Assembly (NCBI GenBank): GCA_013239625.1
Contig: MU056050.1
Location: forward strand, 5,341,366-5,405,365
Direction: 5' to 3'
Length of the DNA: 64,000 nt
Source: Lama guanicoe
Taxonomy: Eukaryota
Below are positions 24,846 to 39,160 of this stretch, piece by piece. Position 1 is the stretch's first letter. The number at the start of each line of letters is the position of its first letter. The translations under genes and the position numbers were made by a program. The notes beneath the pieces were generated by a model. The model saw only the letters and a list, made by a program, of their open reading frames with translations. It ran no database searches and was not told the DNA's origin.

Positions 24846-26978
24846 GGGGAAGGGCAAGATGGCAACAAAGGAAAACCCTGAGCTCACTTTTGCCCATGGA
24901 CACACTGAATCTACATCCACATATAGAGCAATTCCTCCTGAAGAAAACCTAAGGGATGATTGAACAGCCACTGCACATAGAAGGACCACATAAAAACAGG
25001 TAGGAAAGATGGAGACAAGTTATCCAAAGGAACCCCACCACCACTGTGGCAACCTGCAATGGGAAGGGGTATAGCTGAGGGACCTCAGCACACACTTGCC
25101 CACCTAAGGACACAGCAATAAAACAGCAATTCCAAGGGCATCTAGACTATCCTGGAAGAAAATCCATTTACTAACGCTAGAGCTTCCACCAAACAAGCAA
25201 GGAACTGCTGGAGCCCTCTGAGATTGGAGGCGCTAGAGAGCACCATTGTTTGAGTCTGGTCAGGTTTCCGATCAACGATCTCCTATTCCAACTCCAGCTC
25301 CAGCCATCTCCTCAAGGAAGCCTGAGGCACAGAACTACCCAGAGACAGCCCCAGCCAAGACCCAATCAAGCTTCAACCACTACGCCAAGATCACAGCATT
25401 CCCGAGGGATTACCAGTGGCCTAGGACTGATCCAGCCCCAGTCACCTCAGACACTGTGCCCCCTAGTGACTGCCTCTAGCTCAGACCATTCCAGCCCTAT
25501 AGCAGACGTGCTAAAGGCACCAGACACAAGCAGTCCACACAGGGGATGCTCCCACACAAAGCCACTCCTTCAAAACCAGGAGAAGTAGCTGTTTTGCCTA
25601 ATTCACAGAAGCAAAAACTGAACAATCAAACAAAATGAGAAGACCGAGGAATATGTTCCAAACAAAAGAACAAAATAAAACCCCCGGGGAAAAAACCCTA
25701 ACAAAATAGAAAAAAAATTAATTTACCTGATAGAATTCAGGGAAATGGTCATAAGGATGTTCACCGAACTTGAGATAGGAATGGAGAACTCAGTGACAAA
25801 GACCTAGAAAATATAAGAAAGAACACATCAGAACTGAAAAATACAATAATTGAAATTAAAAAATACTCTAGAAGGAATCATTAGCAGATTAGATAACACA
25901 GAATGGATAAGTGATCTGGAAGATAGAATAGTGGCAATCACCCATTTAGAACAGTGAAACAATAAAGAATTTTTTAAAATGAGGACTTTAAGGGACGTCA
26001 GGGACAATATCAAGTGTAGTAACATTTGAATTATAGGGGTCCTAGAAGAAGAGAGAGAAAGGGACATAAAATATATTTGAAGAAATAATGGCAGAAGACT
26101 TCTCTAACCTGGGGAAGGAAACAGACATCAAAGTACAGGAAGAACAGTGAGTCCCAAACAAGATGAACCCAAAAAGATATACACTAAGACATATAATTAA
26201 AATAGCAAACACTAAAGAGAAAAAAAATTAAACATACAAGGGAAACCCCATAAGACTATCAGCTGATTTCTCAGCAGAAACTTTACAGCCAGAAGGGAGT
26301 GGCAGAAGATAGTAAAGTGTTCAAAGGAAAAATCTTGCAACCTAGAATACTCTATCCAGCAAGGTTTTCATTCAAAATTAAAGGATGGTTTCCCAGACAA
26401 GGAAAAACTGATTGAATTCATCACCACTAAACCAGTCTTAATGAGAAATGTTAAAGGGTCTTCTTCAAGTGGAAAAGAAAAGGCCACATCTAATAAGAAG
26501 AAAATAAACAAAAGGAAAAAATCTTACTGGTAAAAGCAAGGATATTGTAAAGGCAGTAGATCAGCCACTTAAAAAGCTAGTATAAAGGTTAAAAGACAAA
26601 AAGTAGTGCGATCAACTATAAATACAGTAAGTAGTGAAAGGATACGCAAAATTAAAAGATGTAAAATATGACATCAAAAACATAAAATGTGGGAGAAACA
26701 AAAATGTAGTGCTTTTAGAATGCCTTTGAAATTAAGTGACTATCAGATTAAAGATAGCTGTATATGAAGGTCAACATATATGAACCTCATAATAACCACA
26801 AACCAAGAAACCTACAGTGGAAACCAAAAATAGAGAGGTATCCAAACGGAGCACTAAAGGAATCCATCAGACCACAAAGGAAGAATCCAAGAGAGGAAGA
26901 CATAAAGAAAAGAACTACAAGAACACCCAGAAAACAATTAATAAAATGGCAATAAGTACATACATATAAATTATTATT
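24846..26978 (+). mobile_element. LINE-1 5'UTR, ORF1 and ORF2 start
   Basis: 5' end caagatggc (YY1-type) ...ccctgagctcac; ORF1 start near 25635 atgagaagaccgaggaatatgttccaa; ends at aaaatggcaataagtacatac. Confidence 0.85.
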
Positions 26979-27590
26979 TGATCCATTTATCTGTTGTTGG
27001 GCACTTAGGTTGTTTCCAAATTTTGGCTATTGTAAATAATGATGTGATAAACATAGGGGTCCATATGTATTTTTGTATTACTGCTTTCATATTCTTCAGA
27101 TTAATATCCTTAAGTGTGACAGCTAGATGATATACTAGATCTATTTTTATTTTTTGAAAAATCTCCATTGTATCTACCTCAATTTACATTCCCACCAACA
27201 GTGTTCTCTTTTCTCCAACGTGTTATTCTAACAAGCATGAGGTGGTATCCTGTTGTGCTTTTGATTTGCATTTTCCTAGTCATTAGTGATGTTGAGCATC
27301 TTTTCATGTACCTTTTGGACATTTAATCATTTTCTTTGGAAAAACGTCTATTCAGGTCCTTTGTCCATTTTAAATTATATGTTTGCTTTTTGCTATTGAG
27401 TGCTATATTTAAATATTTTGCATATTATCCCTTAATCAGATATATCATTTGCAAATACCTTCTCCCAATTGATAGGTTGCCTTTTCGAATTATGCTAAGT
27501 GAAAGAAGACAGAGAAAAAACAAAATGATATCACTCATATGTGAAATATAAAAAACAAACAAAAAAACAAAATAAATAACCAAACCACCC
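26979..27590. mobile_element. L1 3' segment with inverted 5' part (minus 26979-27486, plus 27487-27590)
   Basis: Minus-strand ORF2 C-terminus (LFTIAKIWKQPKCPTTDKWIK) joined to plus-strand attatgctaagtgaaa. Confidence 0.75.
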
Positions 27591-28512
27591 AGATCTGATG
27601 GAGAAGTCTTTGTATCACTGAAAGATCCTAGAATTTGAGGTATAAGCTATAATTGGATGAAACTCTAAAGCTGTTTCCCTTAGAAAGGATGTATGTCCTA
27701 TGTTCTATGAGTGAAAAAAAAAGGTGAAGCCAATATTTCAGTGGCCTTTTGCTGAATCAAAGAAGATTGTTATTTGTCCTCATTATCTTCTCTCTTACTC
27801 TTCCACGTGTATAGACTTTTCACTGGTAATACGGTCTTTCAGACTGAAAGATTCTCCAGCTTCCTTGCAGTTAACTATAGCCGTGTGACCAAATTCTGAG
27901 CAGATTTAAAGAGCAAAATTGGTATGTTCAACATATCATTTGAATTTTTAAAAGAAAAGAGAAAATACTGTATTTCTTCTATTCTGTGTTTTCACTTTCT
28001 GGAATGGGGATGACATAATGGGACCAAAAGCAGCCATTTTGATTCACAAGTTTCTGGGGTACCAATCTACAACTTTTGGTACCAGACTAGTTTGGTTTGA
28101 GGAATCCAACAGTGAAAAATGGATTCTGTTAATTGTATAACTCACTGGCTGGAAAGCAGTCAAAAAAGAAGGAATCACTGATTCCGACACCAACATGGAT
28201 GGACTGAAAAACATTATACTGAGTCAAATTCTGCCACTAAATAGTACACCATGTACAATTCCACTTTTACGAAATTATAGAATATATTCTATAGAGACGG
28301 AAACATATCAGTGTTTGCCTGGGACTAGGAATTTGAGAACATAACTGTAACAGCCATGATGGAATTGGGGTAGGGTGTGGAAGTGCTCTGTATCTAATTG
28401 TGTTGGTGGCTACATGGATGCATACATCTGTTATGTCAGGCAAAGTGTTCAGTATAGCTGTGGTAATACAGTAAAAGCACACTGAGTATCAACCACGTCT
28501 GTAGCTCTTGAA

Positions 28513-28719
28513 CAAGGGTCAACAAAATCCTTCTTGAAGGGCACACAGTAAATATTTCAGATTTATGGAACACAAAGTCTTTCTCACAACTCCTCAACTT
28601 GGCCATTTTAGAGCAAAAGCAGTCATAGAAAACATAACTAATGGGCAAGGCTGTATTCCAATACAACTTTATTTATAAAAATAGGCAGCTAGACTGAGTA
28701 CAGTAGTTGTCAACTCCTG
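28513..28719 (+). mobile_element. MER58A-like hAT/Charlie MITE
   Basis: caagggtcaacaaa...ggctgtattccaatacaactttattt...gttgtcaactcctg; TIRs and degenerate 8-bp TSD ctcttgaa/ctccagag. Confidence 0.85.
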
Positions 28720-29099
28720 CTCCAGAGGAAAATATTGGAAAAAATACAGAATTCGATTTTGATTGATTGTTAGTGAAGTTCTACAAAAGAGAAATCAACT
28801 CAATCTGGACCCGTTCTGCAAACGGAGGTGAAAATGAATACAATACAACTTAGCGTAAGACCCTCTCAGCTTACTGCCTACTAACCTTATCACCTGCTAC
28901 TCTCATATTTTGAGGCTTTACACATTGAAAAACTTCAGTGATTTCTGTACCTCAATTTGAAGTGCTTATAAAATGTGACTTCAGTGTGGCAGCTATATTA
29001 CAAGTCAAGTTTGTTGAGACTTTCTCAAGCACCTCCCACTAAGTAAGTAAGAGCCAGAGTCTTCCAGTAACAGAAACCAGTCTTGAGCCACCAGTATGG

Positions 29100-29853
29100 C
29101 GTCTTCCCTAAGGAGTCCAATTATCCACATCATTACTAATTGATTATTTTGAGTTCCATCCACTTGAGAAAATGCAACATTTCATGGTGACGGAGACTGA
29201 CATGTATTCTGGAAATAGGTTTGCTTATCCAACAAACTGAAGTACTAAGTGTTTTAATTTGTACTATTAGTCCTCTTTTTGAAAATTTTTACAGAAATCA
29301 TAACCATGCAGCATGACGAAGATGTACCTGTATGGAGTAAAGTTATTTTTGAGAAATATATGGTTCTGAATGGTATAAGGCGTGAACCTTAGTTAATTCA
29401 ATTGACACCCACAGAGTTTCCCTTTATTGGATAGAGCACCTGTGCCCCATCCTCTGTGAACACTGGTTGATAACAACTCATACTTGACCCTTTTTTTTTT
29501 TGCCAGATCCAAATAGAAACTTCTTATTCCATAAAGCTACACCACACTCATCTGTCCAATAAGAGGCTGACTTTGGTCAATGTCTCACAAGACATGAAAG
29601 AATAAAAAGCCTGCCTATTTGCTTCAAGGTGGGGGCAGGTATGTGTGGCAAAATTTTTGCTTCAGAGCTTCTTTGTGTGATCATAGTAAAGCTAGACTCC
29701 AGGGGAGGTGAGAATTCCTTTTTAATATTTTTTTCTTCGTCTTGTCCTACTTTGCTCACTCCCCTTCCTCCAATAGAACTCCCTAATAAATAACTTAAAA
29801 AAAGAGAATTTTTTTTCTAGGCTTTGTTTTTCTGAAACTCACACTAAAAACAC
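29100..29853 (+). mobile_element. ERVL integrase remnant plus LTR16-like LTR (about 29430-29853)
   Basis: 29142-29231 translates DYFEFHPLEKMQHFMVTETDMYSGNRFAYP, resembling ERVL integrase DYIGPLP...TGIDTYSGYGFAFP; downstream LTR has ccctaataaat. Confidence 0.6.
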
Positions 29854-29899
29854 AATTAATACTCAATTTGTAGATTTCATGTCACTCCATCAACGTATA

Positions 29900-30720
29900 C
29901 ATAAGCACTACCCAGAAATTATGCCAGTCTTTGCAGCGTGTCCTTTTTAATTTTACTCAATATATCTGGCACATTAAACAATACTCCATTGAGCTTTGGT
30001 TATTTCTGAACACATATAGTTAAAAACAGTCAATATTATGTAATGTAACTCTATTACATATAAATAAAATTATCATATATTATACTCTCCTCTGACTAAA
30101 TTTTTGTTTTGCTGAAGATTTCGTATTAAAGACATTCATACTGATGGATGTAGGTTTACTTCACTTATTTTTTTGCTGTGATATTTCATTATATAAATAT
30201 ATTGAAATACAGCACCAATTTTCCTGTTGATGTAAATGTGGATTTATTCCATTTTTAAATTAAAATAATTTTAATGAATATTCTTGTATTTATCCCTTAT
30301 AGGTGAGGGAGCATCATAAAATATTAATATTTTTAGCTATGTCAAGTAATGCCAAACTATTTTCAAACTGATTATACCAATTAAACTCCTATAAACAACC
30401 TAAAAGAATATCTCTTCCTCTACATATTTGACAGCACTTGGTGTTGTATGACTTGTATTTTTAAATTTTCCCCACTTGGTATATGTGAAATCATATCTCA
30501 TCATAGTTTTAATTCCAATATCCTTGATTATTAATAAGTTTAGATATTTGTATATTTATTAGTATTTGTTTCATCATTTGCCTTTTATTGTCTTTTGCTC
30601 CATTTTCTATTCAGTGATCTGCATTTTTCTTAATGAAAATGTAGTTCTTATGAGGAAAGTGACTTTGTTAAAAAATTGATGATATAGTCTTATGGCTTAT
30701 ATCTTTAAGTGTTTTAAAAG
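29900..30720 (-). mobile_element. Old L1 (L1ME-like) 3' region
   Basis: aatgccaaactattttcaaactgattataccaatt...cagcacttggtgttgt...tttaattccaatatccttgatta. Confidence 0.6.
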
Positions 30721-31404
30721 TGTAATGCATAAACAGAAAGGGTACAAACTATGATTATACAGATTAATGGATTATCACAACCAAATACCTAGTGACGACT
30801 TTAAATATCAGGATGAAGTTCTCTGTCCCTAAAAGGAAAGAGTAGCTCATTAGGAGTCTCTTTTCAAATGGTTTATACTGTATATTTCTGTGCTTCAGAT
30901 CACACTGTCATGATCTAGAAACCCAGCAGGTCTATGTTGTGACTGTAGTTTTGGAATTCTCCATAAATTTCACAGTGTCTTTTTTGCATTACAAATAACT
31001 CTAATACCAGATCCCTTTAGGCTATTTAATTACACATGGTGAAAGAATTCATATAAATCAATGCTCTTGTCCATCCCAAATGAATCACAACTACTTCTAA
31101 TGCTCCTTTTTGATAAAGATAAAACACATTCATCAGATTGACAGCAACAAACCACATACTTGATATACATTAATTTGCTCTAGAAAAGAGACCACATCTA
31201 GCACAGCAGGTACCATTGAGATACACTTGCTTGAATTTGGAGTAGTCCACTGTCATTCTACAGAATTAGTCTAACTTCTGTGTGGGTTAGATTGTGAATT
31301 AAAGGAATACTATCACTCCAGGATCATTTTTGTGTTTAGGGGTAACACTAATCTTCCACTCTTACATACCAGATGCATTATTGCCTCTTGGTGATTACCT
31401 TGCA

Positions 31405-31861
31405 TGCTGTGGAGGCCAGAAGAATATGTCTAAAAGACTTCCAACTATAAGAATAACTGACCAAGGACTCAAGCTGCTGCATTCTGAGATTGATTACCAT
31501 ATATATGCCAAGGTCACACTTCCTACAGACCTCTCCCTGCCAGATGACTGAGCACGGTAGGGATACCAAGGCAGGCCTGTTCTCAGTACAAGCAGAATTT
31601 CTTTGTAGGCCAAATTTGGCTTGAGGATTCTCCTAAAGCTTTACTGAAACTTCCTTAGACTGCAGGACAGTTTAAGATGCTTCTAAAAAACTTTCTTCTG
31701 TCACTTTCACTTGAAGTTAAGGCTCCTGATGCAACCTGCCAGTCCCCTCAACTCTTCCCCAGCTACCTCACCATGTTCTCTCACAGGCATTTCCCCTCAA
31801 ACAGTCTTTGCACATTCAGTCGTATTTAGCACCTGATTCTTAGAGAAACCTGAATGACACA
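31405..31861 (+). mobile_element. ERVL solo LTR (LTR41-like)
   Basis: gactgagcacggtagggataccaaggcaggcc...aacttccttagactgca...ctctcacaggcatttcccct...gacaca. Confidence 0.65.
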
Positions 31862-33453
31862 ACTGGTGGGAAGCATTGTTAGAGGTTTTTGGCCTTCCCC
31901 ACCTTAATATCTCTTACACCACAAGTCAAGGAACTAATTAGAATTCTGCCAAGAACGCAGTGGGCCCATTCCAATTTATACATTTGGGGACTGGAAAAAT
32001 GACTACCTGATTTGTTGTTGGACACAGTGGATCCACTATGAGCTAGACTTGATCCATAATTCCAATTATTACTTGGCCCCCAAACACTCCTACTTTACCA
32101 AGGGAACATGATAACACTTCAGATCTCAGTGTGTAACTGTTAACTTGGGATTCGGAGGTTTCGAAATTTGAGTGCACTGATTGACACAGTTGTCTTCATT
32201 CATATCTCAGTTCCCATTATGTGTTCTATCTTGGATTCACAGACCTGCTGTGGTTGAGAATTCAATTTTCTCTGGACCTCTGCTACATATGTAAATAATC
32301 CCTGGGCCTGGCCCACAGCATTTTCTGTTTTTAGGCTGCAGAAAATGGAAGTACAAGAAGGATCCAATTACACTTAGCTTAAATTCATGATTAACTGTCC
32401 TCCATCTTACAGTATCTTTCTTTATAGCATCAATTACCCAAACCACAAGTCAATTCCATTGTCCTTATAATGACTGTTTTTCAATACAAACTACTAATTC
32501 ATTACCTCAGTCAATGTATTATGTTCTACAAGTTTCACCACCAGTGAAAGTTTTACCAATGGGCATGGCTACCATGTCCCAGGATGATAAAAAAAAAAGC
32601 ATATTCACTTATATATGTACATACAAATGTACACAGACATAGATACATGTGGGAAAGTGCCAGTATTTTGTTTGCCAAAAAAATAGATTGTACTACAAAG
32701 ACTCCTGTGAATTTTCCATTTCTCTATCAATAGTATTTTGGAAAAATAAACTGAAATTAATGGAAAAAATAATGCATGCACAATTTATTAAAAAAAATTT
32801 TTACTGATGACCATCAAATATTTTGTTTTATCCCTAACAAAAGGGGTCTATAAATATCCTTAAAAGAAAAACCAAACAGAACACAAAAAATTAGAGGAGT
32901 TTATTCTTAATACTCCAAGCGGAGTAGGTGCCCTAAGCTTAGAGAGCCTTAAACAAATAGTAATTTCTGCACACATCTGTCCTTTTTGACAAGGACAACA
33001 GCTCCATCCTATTTAGCTGCCAAACAGCAGAAATCCCTATTGTGCTAATTAAGAACCAATTTACTGAAAGGGTCAGGTGAGCCCAAAGAGCTTGGTAGCA
33101 TTCCGTCTTCTACTCAATTCCCCTCCCCTCCCCACATTTTCCCTGGTGATTCTGTCTCTCCTTAGCACTAGATCTATCAAAAATATCTAAGACACTTGAT
33201 TAAAATGAAGACTCTAGGGACCTTACTGAGTCAAACTTCTGGGTCTGAGGCTCAAGCATCTGCTTTTACTACAAATCCTACAAGTGGACACAGCTTCAAC
33301 ACATAACCCAGGGATTTAGCAGGAGAAAACAACTGAATAGCCCATGGGAAAGGAAGGGTGGATCAGAACCCCTTAAAAAGACTCACTACCAGGATGAAAA
33401 TTAACTTCGGCGTTACCAAAAATGAACTGAAACCCAAAATATGTCATATCACT

Positions 33454-33459
33454 TTTATT
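33454..33459 (-). terminator. Poly(A) signal AATAAA of ACTRT1, followed by a GT/T-rich downstream element
   Basis: Plus-strand tttatt about 90 nt past the stop codon. Minus strand then reads ATTTTGGGTTTCAGTTCATTTTTGG. Same signal retained in the duplicate at 55597..55602. Confidence 0.8.
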
Positions 33460-33550
33460 GAATGCATGCTGAAGCCCAAGGGAAGATGCCACCTTCAACC
33501 ACTGCTCCTGTGATCTGATGCTTTAAGCTGTCCCTGGTGCTGTGAATCCT

Positions 33551-35000
<1,450 letters not shown>

Positions 35001-35328
35001 CTGAGTTACCAGTCCTCCTATCCTGGTGAGACTTGAAACAGAGGAAATCAAACTTTACCTCTGGACAGCTTTGATAAGTTGGTGAATATGAAACAAAGGC
35101 TTAGCCTTGGAACTGAGTGAACCAGCCCAGGTGTGAGGTCATCCTAGAAAGCTGGCTTCTATGCTCAGCTGAGCTGCTGTCTGTGGGACGACAATAATAA
35201 CCTTTCCTTTGCTAAGGGAAGGAACTAATCACCAGATACAGTTTATACTGGAGTAAAATTGCCTATAATCCAGTTCCAGAGTTGCTAAGAACACTCTTTT
35301 ATTCTCCATTGTATATTTTCTCCTGTTT

Positions 35329-35640
35329 TAAAGCAGCTTTACTGAGATAAATTTCATATACATTTACCCACTTACATTGAACATTTCCATGATTTGCTAT
35401 ATATTCACTATCTACAACCATTACAAAAGTCATGTTTAGAAGATTTTCTTCACTTCAAAAAGAAACCTCAAACCCTTTAACTATCACCCTCCTCAAGCCA
35501 TCCTCCTGAGCTCTAAACTCCACAAATAAATTTTCTGTCTCTATAGATCTTTCACTTTTGCATATTTCATATAAACTGAATCATATATATATATATTCAA
35601 AGTTCTTCCACTGTTTGAATATCACACTTCATTTTATCTA
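35329..35640 (-). mobile_element. L1MB-like 3' end upstream of ACTRT1
   Basis: aaagcagctttactgagataaatttcatatac...cacttcaaaaagaaacc; same relative position as the L1 at 57437. Confidence 0.75.
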
Positions 35641-35922
35641 TTCTACAGCATACCACTGTTCATACTGTTTATTTATAATCCATATTTATTTCTGTAAATT
35701 TGGTAGTAATATTCCCTTTACTTTTTTGAAATTCTTAAGAGAACCAGCTTTTGGTTTCATTGATTTCTCTTTTTTTCTATTCCATATTTCAATAATTTCT
35801 GCACTGATTTTTAAAATCATTTTATCCCTTTTGATTGCTTCAGTTTGCTCTTCTTTTTCCTGAGTGTCAAGTTTAAAGGTTAGGCTATATATGTGAAATC
35901 TTTCTTCTTTCTAAATATAGAC

Positions 35923-36660
35923 TGAGATAATTCATTTTATTTTTCTACTTGGCTAAGCTGTTGTGCCCAGTTGTTTGGTCAAACACTATTCTGGACATTA
36001 CCATAAAGGTATTTTGTGTATGTGATTAACATTTTAAATCATTTTCCTTAAATAAAGGAGATTAACATCTATAAGGTGTGTAAGCCCAATTCAAATAAGT
36101 GAAGACTTTTAGAGCAAAGACTGAAGTTTCTAGAAGAAGCAGAAATTCTCCCTGAAGACTATAACATAGAAAACTTGCCTGAGTTTCTAGCCTGCTGGCC
36201 TTCCTTATATATTTCAGTCTCAAGACTGTAACATTAAGATGGTTAAATTTATGTGTCAACTTGACATGGCTAATAGATGCCCAGATATCTTATAGAACAT
36301 TGTTTCTAAGTGTGTCCATGAGGGTGTTTCTATTAAGAGATTAGCCTTTGAATTGGTAGACTCAAGAAGTTCAGTCTCACGAAGGAGAGCGGGCATTGTT
36401 CAAACCATTAAAGGCCCTGAATAAAACAAAAAGACAGAGGAAGGACAAATTTGCTCTCTTATAATAGGTATTTCTGGGATACCCATCTTTGAACATCAGA
36501 TATGGGCATTCCTGGTTCTTGGGCCTTCAGACGTGGACCAGGACTCTCATCATTGACTCCCCTGGTTCTCAGGTATTCAGAATTGGATTGGAACTGTATC
36601 ACCAACTTTTCTTGGAACCGTGTTTCACAGCAGCTCTCCAGAACTTATTCATTTTGTAAT
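35923..36660 (+). mobile_element. Two MLT2 LTRs, the second (from about 36236) inserted in or next to the first
   Basis: gtgcccagttgtttggtcaaacac... then gatggttaaatttatgtgtcaacttgac...gatgcccagata. Confidence 0.75.
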
Positions 36661-36719
36661 GCTATAATTATCTACCCACGGAACAGCAATTTCTCATTTC
36701 TGCTGTTTAGGAGCTTTTA

Positions 36720-38915
36720 ATCATCAAATCACAAGAGTAAATAGCAAGCAAGAAAGAAAAGAACAAAAGAAATAAGAAACAGAACACAAACACAATGGCA
36801 AAACAAATTTCTATCAAAAATTACTTCAAATATAAATTAATACATTCCCCAATAAAAAATGACAAAATGATAAAAAGAGAAAAATCTAACCATATTGTAT
36901 CTACAGCATAATAGCTTTAGTTTTAAGGATACACATAGACTGAAAGTAAAGAAACAGAAAAAGATATTCCATGCAAATGGGAACCAAAAGGGAGAAGGGG
37001 GAATGCACATATCAGACAAAATAGACTTTAAGTCAAAAGCCATCACAGGAGACAAAGATCATTACATAATGATGAAAGGGTCAATTTTCCAGGAATATAA
37101 AACAATTATAAATATATATGTACACAGCTTCAGAGGATCTAATTATATAAAGCCAGTATTTGAGAACTGAGGAGAAAAACAGAAAGCAGTACAGTAATAG
37201 TAAGAGACAATTACTCTACTATCAACGATGGATAAAACATTGAGAAACAAGATCAGCAAAATCAGTAAGCAAACAGCAAACTTAAACCTATAGACCAGAC
37301 GGACCTAACAGGCAATGCATTCCACAACAGTAGTATACATATTGTTCTCAAGCACCATGGACATCTTCAAGACAGATTATATGGTAAGCCACAAAGTCTT
37401 GACAAATATAACATTTAAATTATATCAAGTATATTTTTCTGACCATAAGGGGGTAAAGTCATAAATAGGGAGGAAAATTGGAAAGCTCAAAAAAGATGTT
37501 TCAACTAAACAAAACTACTACAGATTAATGTTTATGTACTCCCCAAATCATATGTTGAAATGAAATCCTCAATGTGATGGTATTTGGAGGTGTGGTCTCT
37601 GATTATGTCATGAGAGGAGAGCCCCCAAGAGAAGGATTGGTGCCTTTTTAAAAGAGACCCTAGAGAGCTCCCTTGGCTTTTCTACCATGTGAGAACCCAG
37701 TGAGAAGACATCAATGTATGAACCAGAAATCAGGTCCTCACCAGACACTGAATCTCTTGGTGTCTTGATCTTTGACTTTCCAGCCTCCAGAACTATGACG
37801 AATAAATCTCTATTGTTTATAAACCATCTAGTATATGGTATTTTTGCAATATCCTATTGACACAAATGAAGATGAAAACACAATATACCAAAAGTTATGG
37901 AATGCAGCAAAAGCAGTACTAAGAGGGAAGTAAACAGTAGTTAATGTCCACATTAACAAGAAAGATCTCAAATAAACAACCTGACTTTACACTGAATGGA
38001 ACTAAAAACCAGAAAAAACTGAATGCAAAGTTAGTTGAAGAATGGAAAAATAAAAATTAGAGCATAAATAAATGAAATAGAAAATAGTAAAACAACAGAA
38101 AATATGAATAAAAATAAGTTGGTTTTTGAAAAGTTAAAAAAGTAAAAAACTCTTGTTTAACAAATAAAAAGACTCAAAATTAGAAAAGAATTCAAAATTA
38201 ACGCTGTAGAAATATAAAGGAACGTAAGAGAATACTATGAACATTATTTTCCAGCAAATTGGAAAATACATAAATAATGTTAAAATCCTACAAATATACA
38301 ATTTACCAACACTAAATTCACAAAGAAATAGAAAATATGCACAGAAAAATGATGATTGTGGAAGTTGAATCTGACTACCAACATTCAGAGAAGAATTAAT
38401 GCCAATTCTTTGCAAACTCTCTTCCAAAATTAAAGAGAATACTTCTTAACACAATTTACAAGGCTATAATTACCTTGATACCAAAGTCACACAGACTCAC
38501 CACAAAAACAGAAAATCATAGGCCAACATCCCTGATGAACATAGAAGCAAAAATTTTCAATAAAATTCTAGCAAACTGAATTCAATAGGACATTAAAAAC
38601 ATCATATACTATGATTAAGTGGGATTTCACTCTGGGATGCAAGAATGGCTTAATATATGCAAATCAATAAATGTGGTAGGCCACATTAAAAGAATGATGA
38701 ATAAAAATCATATGATATATCAACAAACATATAAAAACACATGACAAAAATTGTCATCCTTTCAGAATAAAAACACTAAAAACATAGTAAAAGATGGAAT
38801 GGAACTTCAACATAGTAAAGGTTATATATGTCAAAGCCCACTTTTAATATCATACTCAAGGGTTAAAAGAAACCCTGAAAACTCTTCCTTTAAGATCAGG
38901 AACAACAGAATAATG
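36720..38915 (+). mobile_element. LINE-1 ORF2 (endonuclease to RT), interrupted by an MLT1A0-like LTR
   Basis: ORF 36895..37170 DTHRLKVK...IFHANGNQK...ISDKIDFK...IINIY is an L1 endonuclease remnant. Confidence 0.88.
37516..37855 (+). mobile_element. MLT1A0-like LTR
   Basis: catatgttgaaa...aatgtgatggtatttggaggtg...cttgatctttgactttccagcctccagaact. Confidence 0.85.
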
Positions 38916-38916
38916 C

Positions 38917-39160
38917 TGTGATGGTTAATTTTAAGTGTCAACTTGACTGAGCTAACTGATGCCCAGATATGAGGTAAAGCATTATTTCTGGGTGTGTCTG
39001 TGAGAATGTTTCTAAAAGAGATTATCATTGGAATCAGTAGACTATGGAAAGAAAATTCACCCTCACCAGTGTGAGCAGACATTACCCAATCCATTTAGGT
39101 CCTGAATAGGACAAAAACAGGCAAAGGAAGAGTGAATTCTTGCTCTCTCTTGGTGAACTA
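38917..39160 (+). mobile_element. MLT2 LTR 5' part
   Basis: tgtgatggttaattttaagtgtcaacttgactgagcta...tctgggtgtgtctgtgag. Confidence 0.82.

Noticed and set aside
25246..25588. Pro/Gln/Ser-rich ORFs of 77 and 112 aa
   Set aside because: Lie in the GC-richer L1 5'UTR and start at TTG; no recognisable domain.
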